A stretch of DNA of 61,615 nt. Origin: Bacillota bacterium (GTDB taxonomy: Bacteria; Bacillota; Limnochordia; Darwinibacteriales; DTU012). Below are positions 11,374 through 19,317 of this stretch, one piece after another; position 1 is the first letter of the stretch, and each line of letters starts with the position of its first letter. The DNA lies in the NCBI GenBank assembly GCA_012521805.1, contig JAAYLQ010000127.1, positions 1-61,615 on the forward strand, read 5' to 3'. The notes below the pieces were generated by a model. That model had not been told where the DNA came from. It saw nothing but the letters and a program-made list of their open reading frames with translations, and ran no database searches. The position numbers were made by a program, and so were the translations under genes.

Positions 11374-12684
11374 TTGCGGGCTTATGACTTGATCTTAAAA
11401 AAGCGCAACGGCGGCGAGCTCACCACAGCAGAAATTGAGTTTCTGATCTCAGGCTATACAGCTGGGGAGATTGCAGATTATCAAATGGCGGCTTTGTGCA
11501 TGGCAATTTATTTTCAAGGAATGAGTATCCGAGAAACAGCTGATTTGACGATGGCTATGGCCTACTCAGGGGATGTCAACGATTTATCCGGTATTGAAGG
11601 AACAGTGATTGACAAACATTCAACCGGCGGAGTGGGTGATACCACCACACTTATTGTAGCCCCGTTAGTAGCAAGCTGCGGGGTGCCGGTAGCCAAAATG
11701 TCCGGAAGGGGTTTGGGTCATACCGGTGGTACGATTGACAAATTAGAGAGCATCCCCGGTTTTCAAACAGAAATCTCTCAGACAGAGTTCGTTCAACAGG
11801 TTAATCAGATTAAGCTTGGCCTCATCGCTCAAACAGAGGCCCTCGTTCCTGCTGACAAGCAGCTGTATGCGCTCCGGGATGTTACCGCCACAGTTGATTC
11901 TATTCCGCTGATTGCTGCCTCAATCATGAGCAAGAAAATCGCATCAGGTGCTGATGGATTTGTTTTGGACGTTAAAACTGGTCGTGGTGCCTTGATGCAG
12001 AATTATGCGCAGTCAGAAGTTCTGGCAAAAACAATGGTTGCAATAGGTAAAAAGGTAGGCAAGCCTACTGTAGCGTTAATCACAGATATGGACCAACCTC
12101 TAGGTTATGCAGTTGGAAACGCCCTGGAGGTAAAGGAAGCAATCTCAGTTTTATCCGGACAAGGAGCAGCAGATTTGACAGATCTGTGTCTCCATCTTGG
12201 TGCTGAGATGTTGGTGCTTGCGGGACATTCTCCTAATCAGGAATCCGGCTATAAGGTGGTAGAGCAAAAGCTAAAGTCCAAAGCTGGATTAGAAAAATTC
12301 CGTGAGCTGATCAGCTGGCAGGGCGGTGACCCTAGGGTTGTTGGTGACTTATCACTTCTGCCGCAAGCATCATATCAGACAGAGGTCCGCAGCAGGCAAT
12401 CTGGGTATGTCAGCAGTATTGATGCCCTTAAAATTGGCAGCATTGCTATGCAGCTTGGAGCAGGTCGGAAAACAAAAAACAGCAGCATTGACCTTGGTGT
12501 CGGAATTGAGTTAAAAGCCAAAGTTGGTGGTTACGTTGAACGAGACCAGCCGTTAGCTGTAATTCACAGCAATCAACCGCTGCAGCAGGAACCACAATTG
12601 GTGTTAAATGCATTCAGCATCAGCCAAGCCAGGCCGCAGCAGCGGCCACTAATCTGGGCAAAAATAACTGAGGCAGATGTATAA
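11374..12684 (+). CDS. pdp: pyrimidine-nucleoside (thymidine) phosphorylase
   Basis: A TTG start gives MRAYDLILKKRNGGELT. The motifs DKHSTGGVGD and SGRGLGHTGGTIDKLESIPGF are present. Confidence 0.93.
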   Translation: MRAYDLILKKRNGGELTTAEIEFLISGYTAGEIADYQMAALCMAIYFQGMSIRETADLTMAMAYSGDVNDLSGIEGTVIDKHSTGGVGDTTTLIVAPLVASCGVPVAKMSGRGLGHTGGTIDKLESIPGFQTEISQTEFVQQVNQIKLGLIAQTEALVPADKQLYALRDVTATVDSIPLIAASIMSKKIASGADGFVLDVKTGRGALMQNYAQSEVLAKTMVAIGKKVGKPTVALITDMDQPLGYAVGNALEVKEAISVLSGQGAADLTDLCLHLGAEMLVLAGHSPNQESGYKVVEQKLKSKAGLEKFRELISWQGGDPRVVGDLSLLPQASYQTEVRSRQSGYVSSIDALKIGSIAMQLGAGRKTKNSSIDLGVGIELKAKVGGYVERDQPLAVIHSNQPLQQEPQLVLNAFSISQARPQQRPLIWAKITEADV

Positions 12685-12734
12685 TAAGGCACCAGTCCCC
12701 ATATGCATTTAAAGAAGGGGGAGGTTGGTGCACA

Positions 12735-13916
12735 ATGAGTCATATCCGCTTGAGGCCGATTATTTTTATAACTGCCGCGGTTTTATGTTTTTCAATATCT
12801 GTTTCGGCAGTCGAATTGGACCTAACAGTCAAGGCTGCCTTGTTAATGGATGCCCACAGCGGCCAAATATTTTACGAAAAAGATATCGATGAGCCGCTGC
12901 CGATTGCCAGCATATCCAAACTGATGACCCTGGTTCTAGTTCTAGAAGCCTTAGACGCAGAAAAGATTGCTCTTTCTGATGTAGTTACTACCAGTGACTA
13001 CGCAGCCTCCATGGGGGGATCCCAGGTTTGGCTGGAACCAGGAGAACAGCTAACTCTCCAGGAGCTGCTGTATGCGATAGCGGTAGGTTCGGCAAATGAC
13101 GCAGCGGTGGCTGTAGCAGAATATCTGGCTGGATCCGAAGCTGCTTTTGCAGAGAGGATGAACCAGCGGGCAGAAGAGTTGGGCTTAACTAACACTGAAT
13201 TTAGTAATGCCAGTGGTCTGCCGCCAAACCTGCTGGGTGGCAGTGGCAGACAAGTAATGAGTGCCAGAGATGTGGCGACTTTGGCTCGGCATGCGTTAAC
13301 TGTGCCGCTGTTATTGGAATTTGTTTCAACTTACGAATACACAATGCGAGCCGACTCAACAAAAAAGCCAGTGCTCTGGAACTACAACAAACTGCTCCGC
13401 CGCTATCCGGGAGTTGATGGATTAAAAACAGGATTTACCACCGAGGCTGGATACTGCTTAGCAGCTACCGCTGAACGGGATGGACTAAGGCTGATTGCAG
13501 TTGTTCTTGGCAGTAAGAACGAAGCCAGCCGTGAAAGTGATGTTACAAAACTGCTGAATTATGGTTTTAGTGAGTATACCAGACACCTTGTCTTACCGAA
13601 GCAGTCTGTTGTAGGAGAAATAGTTGTACCGAAGGGTATTCCGGAAACTGTTAATGTAGTTGTGAGTCAAGACTTTTTTGTTACAGTAAAAAGAGGCGAG
13701 CAAGCTCAGATCAGTACCGAAATCACAATTTATGATACTCTGTCAGTGCCAATTACCACCGATACAGCAGTCGGTAAGATTACTGCGTTCCTGGATGGAC
13801 AGTTTTTATCAGAAATTGAGCTGATTCCGGAAATTGATGTGGCAAAAGCAGGCATAACAGATTTGATCATCCGGATCTTTCAGCACATGGTTTACCAATT
13901 GACCGAAGGAAGCTGA
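12735..13916 (+). CDS. dacF: D-alanyl-D-alanine carboxypeptidase (sporulation-type, DacF-like)
   Basis: A signal peptide is present, together with the SxxK (SISKLMT), SxN (SANDAA) and KTG (KTGFT) motifs. It lies directly upstream of spoIIAA-spoIIAB-sigF, as dacF does in B. subtilis. Confidence 0.88.
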   Translation: MSHIRLRPIIFITAAVLCFSISVSAVELDLTVKAALLMDAHSGQIFYEKDIDEPLPIASISKLMTLVLVLEALDAEKIALSDVVTTSDYAASMGGSQVWLEPGEQLTLQELLYAIAVGSANDAAVAVAEYLAGSEAAFAERMNQRAEELGLTNTEFSNASGLPPNLLGGSGRQVMSARDVATLARHALTVPLLLEFVSTYEYTMRADSTKKPVLWNYNKLLRRYPGVDGLKTGFTTEAGYCLAATAERDGLRLIAVVLGSKNEASRESDVTKLLNYGFSEYTRHLVLPKQSVVGEIVVPKGIPETVNVVVSQDFFVTVKRGEQAQISTEITIYDTLSVPITTDTAVGKITAFLDGQFLSEIELIPEIDVAKAGITDLIIRIFQHMVYQLTEGS

Positions 13917-13932
13917 ATTAGCTTCCTTTTTT
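13906..13932 (+). terminator. intrinsic terminator after dacF
   Basis: The hairpin is AAGGAAGC-tgaatta-GCTTCCTT followed by a T-run. The stop codon lies in the loop. Confidence 0.8.
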
Positions 13933-13941
13933 GTTTCTAGA

Positions 13942-13970
13942 GCAGGAATTTACAGGTAAAGGATGAATAA
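13942..13970 (+). promoter_or_regulatory. sigma-H-type promoter of the spoIIA operon
   Basis: The sequence is GCAGGAATT (13942-13950), an 11-nt spacer, then GATGAATAA (13962-13970). This fits RNAGGAWWW-N11-RNNGAATWW at every specified position, about 50 nt upstream of spoIIAA. Confidence 0.7.
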
Positions 13971-14020
13971 GTACAAAATAGCAAACTTTTCAAAAATGGA
14001 TCGCGAGGGGAGGAACAAAA

Positions 14021-14353
14021 TTGCTGTCGTCGGAAACGGTGAACGGGGCTCTAATTATTACACTCGAAGGTGAACTAGATCTGCATACTGCACCACCCTT
14101 TAAGCAGTATGTTGATGAGCAGCTGGCTGGTAATGACCTGATTAAAGATTTAATTCTTCGCATGGATAAGATTAAATTTATCGATAGTTCTGGGCTGGGA
14201 GTAATTTTGGGGCGCTATAAACAAATCCAGAAGCGTGGAGGCAGACTGATTTTTGTTGCCTGCAGCCCTCAAGTGTACCGTATTCTTAAATTATCCGGTA
14301 TGCAGAAAATTGCTTACTTTACTGATTCAGTAAAAGAAGCACTATCTTTATAA
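14021..14353 (+). CDS. spoIIAA: anti-sigma-F factor antagonist
   Basis: A STAS-domain protein with the phosphorylatable Ser context (FIDSSGLGVILGRYK). TTG start with an RBS. Confidence 0.9.
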   Translation: MLSSETVNGALIITLEGELDLHTAPPFKQYVDEQLAGNDLIKDLILRMDKIKFIDSSGLGVILGRYKQIQKRGGRLIFVACSPQVYRILKLSGMQKIAYFTDSVKEALSL

Positions 14354-14369
14354 GGGGGAGGAGTAAGAA

Positions 14370-14801
14370 ATGGAGGTTAAAAATTGGATTAAAATAGAAT
14401 TTCCGAGTGAATCAGTAAATGTGATGTTTGCTCGGACAGCGATTGCTCTGTTCGCATCCCAATTGGAACTTACTCTTGAAGAAATTGAAGAAATTAAAGT
14501 TGCAGTATCCGAGGCGGTATCCAACTGTGTAATCCATGCATATCGCAACAGTTATGGGAATATTGTTCTAACTGCCCAATACTCCGACGCTGAACTGGAA
14601 GTCACTGTAGAGGACTTTGGCTGCGGTATCCCCGATATCGAACAAGCTTCGGAAGCAAGTTTCACAACAATTCCAGAAGAACGAATGGGTTTAGGATTAG
14701 TTTTTATCCACGAACTAATGGATCATGTTACAATCACATCTGCAGTTGGGAAAGGCACAAAAGTAGTGATGACTAAAACAGTACCGGAAAACAGAGGATA
14801 G
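14370..14801 (+). CDS. spoIIAB: anti-sigma-F factor (serine protein kinase)
   Basis: A GHKL ATPase fold (AVSEAVSNCVIHAY, DFGCGI, GLGLVFI), placed between spoIIAA and sigF. Confidence 0.92.
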   Translation: MEVKNWIKIEFPSESVNVMFARTAIALFASQLELTLEEIEEIKVAVSEAVSNCVIHAYRNSYGNIVLTAQYSDAELEVTVEDFGCGIPDIEQASEASFTTIPEERMGLGLVFIHELMDHVTITSAVGKGTKVVMTKTVPENRG

Positions 14802-14809
14802 GTTTAAAG

Positions 14810-15565
14810 ATGAGCAGCTGGTCGATGGATTTCAGCGAATATCCGGTGTTATCTGGTAAAGAAGTGCACACTCTGCTCAAACAAACGAAATTAGGGGATA
14901 ATGAAGCTAGACAGAAATTGATAGAGTCCAATCTGCGTTTAGTGCGAAGTATTGTAGCACGCTTTGCAGACCGCGGTCACGAAATGGACGACTTGTTTCA
15001 AATCGGATGTATTGGTTTAGTTAAAGCGATTGATGATTTTGATCTATCTTATGATGTAAAGTTTTCCACTTACGCTGTTCCTAAAATCATAGGAGAAATA
15101 AAACGCTATATCAGAGAGTCATCTCCACTAAAAGTGTCCCGATCTCTACGGGAACTCGCAAGTAGAGGGATTGCGGTCAAAGATCAGTTAACTAAGAAGT
15201 TAGGACGCACTCCACTGATCAGTGAGATCGCTCAAGAACTTGGTACTGCGAAAGAAGATTTAATTGCTGCCTTGGAGGCTGTATCCCCGGTTCTTTCGCT
15301 GCAGCAGGTGGTTCACGAAGATGAGGGTGATTCCATCCTGCTAGAGGACCAAGTGGCGGTTGAACCAGAAGAAACTTCTCTATACTTAAAGGACATACTC
15401 CGAAGACTTGATGAAACTGAGCGGCGGTTATTGCTGCTGCGTTATATAGCTGAGAAGAGCCAGATGGAGGTTGCAGCTGATATTGGGATCTCGCAAGCAC
15501 AAGTGTCACGCATTGAGAAGAGAATTCTACAGCAGCTTAGGAAACAACTGCAGACGAAAGGATGA
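14810..15565 (+). CDS. sigF: RNA polymerase sporulation sigma factor F
   Basis: Sigma-70 regions 2-4 are present (NLRLVRSIVARF, DLFQIGCIGLVKAIDDFD, SQMEVAADIGISQAQVSRIEKR). The spoIIA operon context fits. Confidence 0.93.
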   Translation: MSSWSMDFSEYPVLSGKEVHTLLKQTKLGDNEARQKLIESNLRLVRSIVARFADRGHEMDDLFQIGCIGLVKAIDDFDLSYDVKFSTYAVPKIIGEIKRYIRESSPLKVSRSLRELASRGIAVKDQLTKKLGRTPLISEIAQELGTAKEDLIAALEAVSPVLSLQQVVHEDEGDSILLEDQVAVEPEETSLYLKDILRRLDETERRLLLLRYIAEKSQMEVAADIGISQAQVSRIEKRILQQLRKQLQTKG

Positions 15566-15574
15566 GGTTTTTCA

Positions 15575-16393
15575 GTGGCAGCAGATCTGCATCTACACAC
15601 CACAGCTTCAGACGGGAGTTGGACTCCAACAGAGTTAGTTTATAAAGCAATTGAACTGGATTTGTCAGCAATCGCGATAACTGACCATGATACAATTGAT
15701 GGTATCGCAGCTGTCGAAGCAGAAGCCTTTCCGGAATTGGCAATCATCCCAGGGATTGAATTTAGTACCGAGTACCAGGACCATGAGGTTCATATTCTTG
15801 GATACGGAATTGATATCAGCAGTGCCCAGCTGCTGGCAGTACTGCAGCAGCTGAAATCTGAACGAGAAGAGCGGGCACTTGCTATGGTGGAAAAGCTAAA
15901 CAAGCTTGGTTATGCTGTGGACTATGAGCATGTGCGGAGGCTTGCCGGTTCAGGTGTAATTGGGCGGGTGCATATAGCCCAGGCCCTGATTGAATTGGGT
16001 TATACTGCCAGTATTAAAGAAAGTTTCAGCAGGTTTCTAGCTTTTAATGCACCAGCGTATGTACCCCGTAAAAAATTAACAAGCAGGCAGGCTGTGGAAC
16101 TTATTAAAGCTGTTGGAGGAGTACCGGTTTTAGCCCATCCGGGACTGATAGGGGATGATCATATCGTTGTAGAACTGGTTAACTTGGGAATAGATGGCTT
16201 AGAGGTAATCCACTCCAACCATACTGCATCCCAGATTCGCCAGTATGCCCGGATGGTAGACGAGTTCCATCTGTTGCCTACCGGAGGTTCAGACTGCCAC
16301 GGCCCTAAAGGTAAAGATGAGATCTTAATCGGCAGATATCTGATTCCTGACCAGTGGGTTAAAAATCTGCAGTTCCAGTTAACAAAATCATGA
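15575..16393 (+). CDS. PHP-domain metal-dependent phosphoesterase
   Basis: The N-terminal ADLHLHTTASDGS, ITDHD and the C-terminal GGSDCHG are PHP motifs. Confidence 0.85.
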   Translation: MAADLHLHTTASDGSWTPTELVYKAIELDLSAIAITDHDTIDGIAAVEAEAFPELAIIPGIEFSTEYQDHEVHILGYGIDISSAQLLAVLQQLKSEREERALAMVEKLNKLGYAVDYEHVRRLAGSGVIGRVHIAQALIELGYTASIKESFSRFLAFNAPAYVPRKKLTSRQAVELIKAVGGVPVLAHPGLIGDDHIVVELVNLGIDGLEVIHSNHTASQIRQYARMVDEFHLLPTGGSDCHGPKGKDEILIGRYLIPDQWVKNLQFQLTKS

Positions 16394-16508
16394 TCTATTC
16401 CCGCTTTTTACTTGCAGGTTAACAATTGGCAGGCAGCGAATAGACCTAACAGACACCAAACCATCCTAATAAGTTGATCGACCAATATTCACAAAAGGAG
16501 TGGCGGAT

Positions 16509-17054
16509 TTGTTGGAGCTTTATGGCGAAAAGGTTATGCTGCGACCAATTGAGCAGGCTGATTATGACCGCATAATCAGCTGGAGTAAGTACGATGAAAT
16601 ACAATATTTTAGCGACGGTGACTATCCCACAACCGTAGAGGAATGTGAAGAGTGGGTCAAGCGGGCTGAAAGCAACCGTTACCAGGTCAGATTTGGAATA
16701 GTGCTCAACAGGACAATTATTGGAGATATTGAACTGGATCAAATTACCTGGCGCAGCGGTGATGCTGAATTGAGGATCCGGATTGGCGAGAGAGGTTTAT
16801 GGGATCGGGGCTACGGAACAGATGCGGTTAAGGTTTTATTAAAATATGCTTTTTTTAATATGAATCTATCTCGGATTTATTTAAAAGTTTATACCGATAA
16901 CGAGCGGGCTATTAGATGTTATCATAAAGCTGGTTTTAAGAAAGAAGGCCGATTAACTCGGGAAACTGACTCCGGCAGCCGTGAAATTTATTTAATGCGG
17001 ATCCTAAAATCTGAGTTTGAGCGGAAACAGGCACGCTTGAGCAATGCTGGCTAA
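16509..17054 (+). CDS. GNAT family N-acetyltransferase (RimJ/RimL-like)
   Basis: The sequences LRPIEQADYD, GYGTDAVKVLLKYAFFNMNLSRIYLKVYTDNERAIRCYHKAGFKKEG match the family. The start codon is uncertain (TTG 16509, or GTG 16500). Confidence 0.8.
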   Translation: MLELYGEKVMLRPIEQADYDRIISWSKYDEIQYFSDGDYPTTVEECEEWVKRAESNRYQVRFGIVLNRTIIGDIELDQITWRSGDAELRIRIGERGLWDRGYGTDAVKVLLKYAFFNMNLSRIYLKVYTDNERAIRCYHKAGFKKEGRLTRETDSGSREIYLMRILKSEFERKQARLSNAG

Positions 17055-17062
17055 TCCACTAG

Positions 17063-17097
17063 AAAAAACAAGCTGTACAAAAGCAGCTTGTTTTTTT
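17063..17097 (+). terminator. intrinsic terminator after the GNAT gene
   Basis: The hairpin is AAAAAACAAGCTG-tacaaaag-CAGCTTGTTTTTTT. It has A/T flanks on both sides and could be bidirectional. Confidence 0.85.
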
Positions 17098-17241
17098 CTG
17101 TCTGCCTACAATAACAGCTTGTACATGGCGAATAATCTATCTGTGACGACAGAGGATTTTGTGGGATGGACAAGGATTTGGAATAATTATGTCGAACACG
17201 TTTAGTGTTAAGCTTTGTTAATGAACATTGGAGGGGTAGTA

Positions 17242-17856
17242 ATGATCAACATCATTATTAGTGGCGGTCCTATCATGATTCCTTTGCTGCTCTGTTCGGT
17301 AGTGGCAGTAGCTGTAGCACTTGAGAGATTGTGGTATTTATTAAGGTCAAGAACTGATACAGAAGACTTAATGGAAGATATTCAGCTGGCATTGGGACAG
17401 GGTAAGGTTCTGGAAGCGATGCAGGTAGCAAGGAAATCGCGGGGTCCGGTAGCTGCTATCCTCTCAGCGGGAATAGCTTTCTATGACCGTGACAAGGCAG
17501 AAATTAGAGAGCGGATGCAGGAAATCGGAAATGAAGAAATTTATAAGATGGAAAAACGAATGAACATCCTTAATATGATTATCAGTATTGCTCCTATGTT
17601 GGGTTTATTAGGTACGGTAACTGGAATCATAGATGCTTTTAATGTGATGGGAGCAATGCAGGGGATTCACCAACCCAGCGATTTAAGCACCGGTATTGCT
17701 CAAGCGTTAATTACTACTGCCGCTGGATTAATGATTGCCATACCTACGATGGCAGTTACAGCGTATTTAAACGGCATCATTGACCGCAATATTGCAGAAA
17801 TGTCTAAGTGTTCAAGTGAACTGCTGGACATTTTAGGTGTCAGAGGTGAAGAGTAA
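17242..17856 (+). CDS. MotA/TolQ/ExbB proton-channel family protein
   Basis: Three TM segments are present, with the C-terminal conserved region (APMLGLLGTVTGIIDAF...GIAQALITTAAGLMIAIP). ATG 17242 follows GGAGGGG. Confidence 0.85.
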   Translation: MINIIISGGPIMIPLLLCSVVAVAVALERLWYLLRSRTDTEDLMEDIQLALGQGKVLEAMQVARKSRGPVAAILSAGIAFYDRDKAEIRERMQEIGNEEIYKMEKRMNILNMIISIAPMLGLLGTVTGIIDAFNVMGAMQGIHQPSDLSTGIAQALITTAAGLMIAIPTMAVTAYLNGIIDRNIAEMSKCSSELLDILGVRGEE

Positions 17857-18260
17857 TGGAATTTAAGCGCAGAAGACGTAATCCTTTCGCTCAACCTGAC
17901 ATGACACCTATGATTGACGTTATCTTTCATCTATTGATTTTCTTTATGGCATTTTCTGTTTTGTACCAAACTACAATGACAATCAAGGTTGAGCTGCCTA
18001 AAGCTGTAAGCGGTTCTGATGTACGCACGGATGTTTTTGAAGTTAATGTGAGCCAAGATGGGGTTATTTATCTCAACAATAAGATGGTTACCGGTCCTGA
18101 GCTTGAGCAGGCATTAACTGAAGCACTCTCGCGAAACCCAAATTTAGCCGTCGTGGTCAGCAGTGATCGGCGTGCTACCGTTGAGCAGTGGGTGAGCGCA
18201 ATGGATATTGTTTCCAGAGTTGGTGTAGACAGCATTCATATCGGTACACAGAAACCTTAG
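17856..18260 (+). CDS. ExbD/TolR family biopolymer transport protein
   Basis: A 134-aa protein with one TM segment carrying the conserved Asp (DMTPMIDVIFHLLIFF) and a periplasmic domain (VVVSSDRRATVEQWVSAMD). The start forms a TAATG overlap with the upstream gene. Confidence 0.85.
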   Translation: MEFKRRRRNPFAQPDMTPMIDVIFHLLIFFMAFSVLYQTTMTIKVELPKAVSGSDVRTDVFEVNVSQDGVIYLNNKMVTGPELEQALTEALSRNPNLAVVVSSDRRATVEQWVSAMDIVSRVGVDSIHIGTQKP

Positions 18261-18278
18261 AAAAAGGTGGATCATAGC

Positions 18279-19298
18279 ATGATGAATTATGGAGATAAGC
18301 GGGACAGTAATTTAAATATTTTTATTTTTATATCCCTTATCATCCATGCCGTTATTTTCTGGTTTGGTCCAGAATGGGATTCTCTCAAGAATTTCGGTGT
18401 GGAGGGAACAGCACAGGGGGGAGTAATCCGGGTTATCTACTCTCAACCCAGCCCAGCAAGGGAACTGTCTCCGATTACTGATCCAACCTCGCAAACAACT
18501 GCTCCGCAGGTGGAAAGACCCCGGCCTACTGAAGAGCCGTCAAAAGAGCATCCAGCAGCTACGCCAGTCGTTCCTGAATCTCGCGACAACATTACCCCTC
18601 CTGCTCGGACGCGGCCTGAAGCTGTGGAAGTAAAACCACCTACTCCGCCTGTTGTGACAGAAACGCTGCCGGAACGAGAACCGGAAGAAGTCGCCACTGA
18701 GCTGATAACCAGTGAGTCCGGAAAAGAGCTCTACGTCGAACAGTTGGAGACAGAGTCTGAAATTGAACCTGAACAAGTTATTGAGCAGGAAAGCGAACCA
18801 GAAGTCGAGGTTGAACAAAATCTAGATATTGAACAGGAGTCAGAAACGACTGAAGAACAGAGTGTGGACGAATCTGGTGTCTCCGGAACAGGTACAAATG
18901 AGATGGGGGACATTACAGATGGTTCTGGTTCTGTCCAAGAATCTGGTTTTGGTGAAGCGGAAATTGCACCACCTCCTCCGCCGCCACCAGCGGGAGGATC
19001 AGTCCTAAACATCTCTGGAAATGGTGGAGTTCCGTATCCGAAAAATGCAGAGAATGAAAAAGTTGAAGGCGTTGTGCAGCTTGAGGTTCTCATTAGCTCA
19101 AATGGAAGTGCCCTCGCAGCGGATATTAGCCAATCTTCCGGTGATCTGCGCCTGGATCGTCAGGCACAGTGGACGTTTCTTAACAACTGGGAGTTTCTCG
19201 GTGCCGAATTTGATTATATCTTAGTTATTGATGTAAGTTTTTCTATTACAGAGGGAATAAACGTAACTCCCGTAGCGATTAGATGGGCGGAAGAGTAA
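18279..19298 (+). CDS. TonB/TolA-like energy transducer with a long acidic/proline-rich linker
   Basis: The N-terminal TM segment has an SxxxH motif (ISLIIHAV). A linker of about 230 aa is rich in Pro and Glu and includes PPPPPPP. The C-terminal TonB_C-like domain reads PYPKNAENEKVEGVVQLEVLISSNGSALAADISQSSGDLRLDRQA. Confidence 0.8.
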   Translation: MMNYGDKRDSNLNIFIFISLIIHAVIFWFGPEWDSLKNFGVEGTAQGGVIRVIYSQPSPARELSPITDPTSQTTAPQVERPRPTEEPSKEHPAATPVVPESRDNITPPARTRPEAVEVKPPTPPVVTETLPEREPEEVATELITSESGKELYVEQLETESEIEPEQVIEQESEPEVEVEQNLDIEQESETTEEQSVDESGVSGTGTNEMGDITDGSGSVQESGFGEAEIAPPPPPPPAGGSVLNISGNGGVPYPKNAENEKVEGVVQLEVLISSNGSALAADISQSSGDLRLDRQAQWTFLNNWEFLGAEFDYILVIDVSFSITEGINVTPVAIRWAEE

Positions 19299-19317
19299 AT
19301 AGGAAGGAGTGCATGCT

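Noticed and set aside
12679-12707. A forespore-type (sigma-F/G) promoter-like sequence, GTATA-N16-CATATGCA, lies upstream of dacF.
   Set aside because: The spacing and the -10 element deviate from the consensus as I recall it. The implied transcript would start only a few nucleotides before the RBS. This cannot be supported without TSS data.
18443-19093. Several minus-strand ORFs of 84-120 aa (18443-18697, 18540-18818, 18731-19093) lie inside the TonB-like gene.
   Set aside because: They lie antisense to the low-complexity Pro/Glu-rich linker, which keeps frames open by composition. They have no RBS and give Gly/Ser/Thr-rich nonsense products.
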